Part shown: positions 62,001 through 64,000 of the stretch, piece after piece
Layout: each line of letters starts with the position of its first letter
How positions within the stretch are numbered: position 1 is the first letter of the stretch
Assembly (NCBI GenBank): GCA_964016885.1
Contig: OZ024758.1
Span: forward strand, 13,640,001 to 13,704,000
Length of the DNA stretch: 64,000 nucleotides
Reading direction: 5' to 3'
Source: Eledone cirrhosa
Taxonomy: Eukaryota
Notes under the pieces: model-generated
Databases searched by the model: none
Seen by the model: only the letters and a program-made list of their open reading frames with translations
What the model was told of the DNA's origin: nothing
Made by a program: the position numbers and the translations under genes

Positions 62001-62320
62001 GCCTGCCCACCCAGCCAGTGGGATGGCGTTATCTTATGGCTAAAACAGCACGACGTGCTGTGACCAGCGGCGCCGAATGGACGCCCGACAGACTGGTCGG
62101 TCAAGGTGATCAAGGTGATATATATATATATATATAAGCAATGAGTTATTTAATTTGTTGGTTATTCAACAAATTTAGTTTATAACAGATTCGAAGCACT
62201 CTACAGTATTCTTCTGGAGTATAATATGAGAGCGTACCAAAAATTTTGGTACCCTTGAAATATATATAATAAAAAAAATTATGGTTTTATAAAGATAGTT
62301 TCCATTTATTAATATTATTG

Positions 62321-62358
<38 letters not shown>

Positions 62359-63350
62359 ATACATAGTTGGTGTTAGGAAGGGCGTCCAGCTGTAAAAATC
62401 CCCGAAAAAATATAGCTCCATTTGAGCAAGGTATGGCATGGCCAACTGGCCAGACTTGTATCATGGATCACCCGTCTAACCTATGCAAGTATGGGAAAAA
62501 ATAGACGTTAAATAATGATTACGATGATGATGATGATGGTGTGTGTATGTAATGCATGTGTATATATAAAATATCTTTGATTTTATTATTATTATTATTG
62601 TTGTTTCCTTTATTTGTGAATTAGTCGTATACCGTTGGACATGGAATTTGGGTACGGATATCTTTGTATTTGTGTTAATCTGAAGTAACCTCCACTTCCT
62701 GTGAAATAACCTCCACTTCCTGTGAAATAACCTCCACTTCCTGTGAAGTGACTTCCACACCCGTGAAGTAATCTCCACACCCTGATTCACACAGGACAAA
62801 AATGAAAGCAACATTCACCACACCTTTTCCAAAATAAAATAACTCACCTGAGTTGAAATTCACCATAAATCTGTTATGTTAACCTTTTAGCATTTAACCC
62901 TTTAACATTTACATTACTCTATATATACTATTATATTTTCATGGTAAAGGCTTTACCTCGCATAATTATCTCACATAATATCGAATCTATGAGATTTTGA
63001 AAGTATTTATTTTGTGAACAATACCTTAACATCAGTTTGAGCAACCAGTTACAGCCAGTTTCAACAGAAAGAGGTAGAGAATTCTGGCCGGTTTGAACAC
63101 TAAAGGGTTAAACTGGTCGTATTTGGCCAGAATTCCCTCACCCTTTTCTGTTCAAACTAACTGTAACCGGCCGTTCATACTGATGTTAAGGTATTGTTCT
63201 CAAAATAAATAATATCAAAGTCTCGTAGATTCGATATTATGTGAGCTAATACAATAGTGTATATATAGAGTGATGTAAATGCTAAAGGGTTAATGCTGGT
63301 TTGTAATAACTAATCTGGTTAAGAAATAACAAACTAATTTTATGGCGGTA

Positions 63351-63572
63351 AGGGCGGTGGATTGGCAGTATCGGTAGAGGGTCAGACACCATGCTTTGCA
63401 GCATAGAGTTATTGCCCTTTATGTTCTGAGTTCATATCCTACCGAGGTTGGCTTTGCCTTTCATCCTTACAGGGTCGATAAAATAAAGTACCAGTAATGC
63501 ACTGAGGTCGATTTAATCAACTTTCCCCTCCCTTAAAATTGCTGGCCTTGTGCCTATAGTAGAAATCATTAT
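63351..63572 (+). mobile_element. tRNA-derived SINE family A (Meta-like core GCCTTTCATCCTTACGGGGTCGATAAAATAAAGTACCAG); more than 15 copies, e.g. 1-100, 7087-7277, 9702-9875, 16296-16478, 44068-44255, 50230-50612, 56350-56798
   Basis: Recurrent element with A/B-box-like head and a conserved central domain; family name is inference. Confidence 0.7.
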
Positions 63573-63597
63573 TTTTTATATTAATGTTAATGATAGA

Positions 63598-63642
<45 letters not shown>

Positions 63643-64000
63643 ATTATTTGTATAAATATATATAAGTGGTCGTGTAGGTGCCACGAAAAAAAAGCACCCA
63701 GCACTCACTGTAAATGAGGTTGGTGTTAGGAAGAGCATCCAGCTGTAGAAATCAAGCCAAAATCAGTTTCTGTATGAGCAAGACAAGGTCACCCGACCTA
63801 ACATTGCCCACAACAGGACAACCTGTCTAACCCATGCTAGCATGGAAGAATGGACATAAAACGGTGATGTTGATCATGATATATATAATTTTTTGTCATT
63901 TAGTGTTACAGATTAAAAACTAATGATAGAATAAAAATATATTCTAAAAACGACCCCTTCCTCTCTTCCAAGGGTGTGTGACCCTAACCTATGGCTTATT

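Noticed and set aside
62680-62785. 21-bp tandem repeat encoding EVEVISQ repeats on the minus strand
   Set aside because: Short intronic minisatellite with no supporting gene structure.
63895-64000. Possible GMPPA exon 7
   Set aside because: No GMPPA-like translation; the sequence matches the reverse complement of the repeat at ~1800-1880 and 41413-41490.

Overview
AT-rich, intron-rich metazoan genomic DNA, not prokaryotic. The repeat landscape resembles an octopod cephalopod genome (inference). Bases 320-48696 (+) hold the last 44 coding exons of an axonemal outer-arm dynein beta-type heavy chain (DNAH9/11/17 group), with the 5' end upstream of the window. Bases 54414-60733 (+) hold the first 6 coding exons of mannose-1-phosphate guanyltransferase alpha (GMPPA). 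Introns are packed with tRNA-derived SINEs, RTE-LINE 3' fragments, piggyBac/hAT/Tc1-type MITEs, minisatellites and (TA)n/(CAT)n microsatellites. Three signals stand out. (1) Several type I hammerhead-ribozyme folds with palindromic stem III, of the Penelope-like/retrozyme kind, occur in at least three unrelated (TA)n-embedded repeat families; they include a well-formed sense-strand copy in a dynein intron and U3-A8 core variants. (2) Splice junctions themselves have been tandemly amplified: a 6x73-bp acceptor array, an 11x29-bp donor array, and a ~95-bp acceptor+exon duplication around an insertion. (3) A tRNA-Arg(ACG) head is fused to a LINE-like tail. All coordinates were read by eye.
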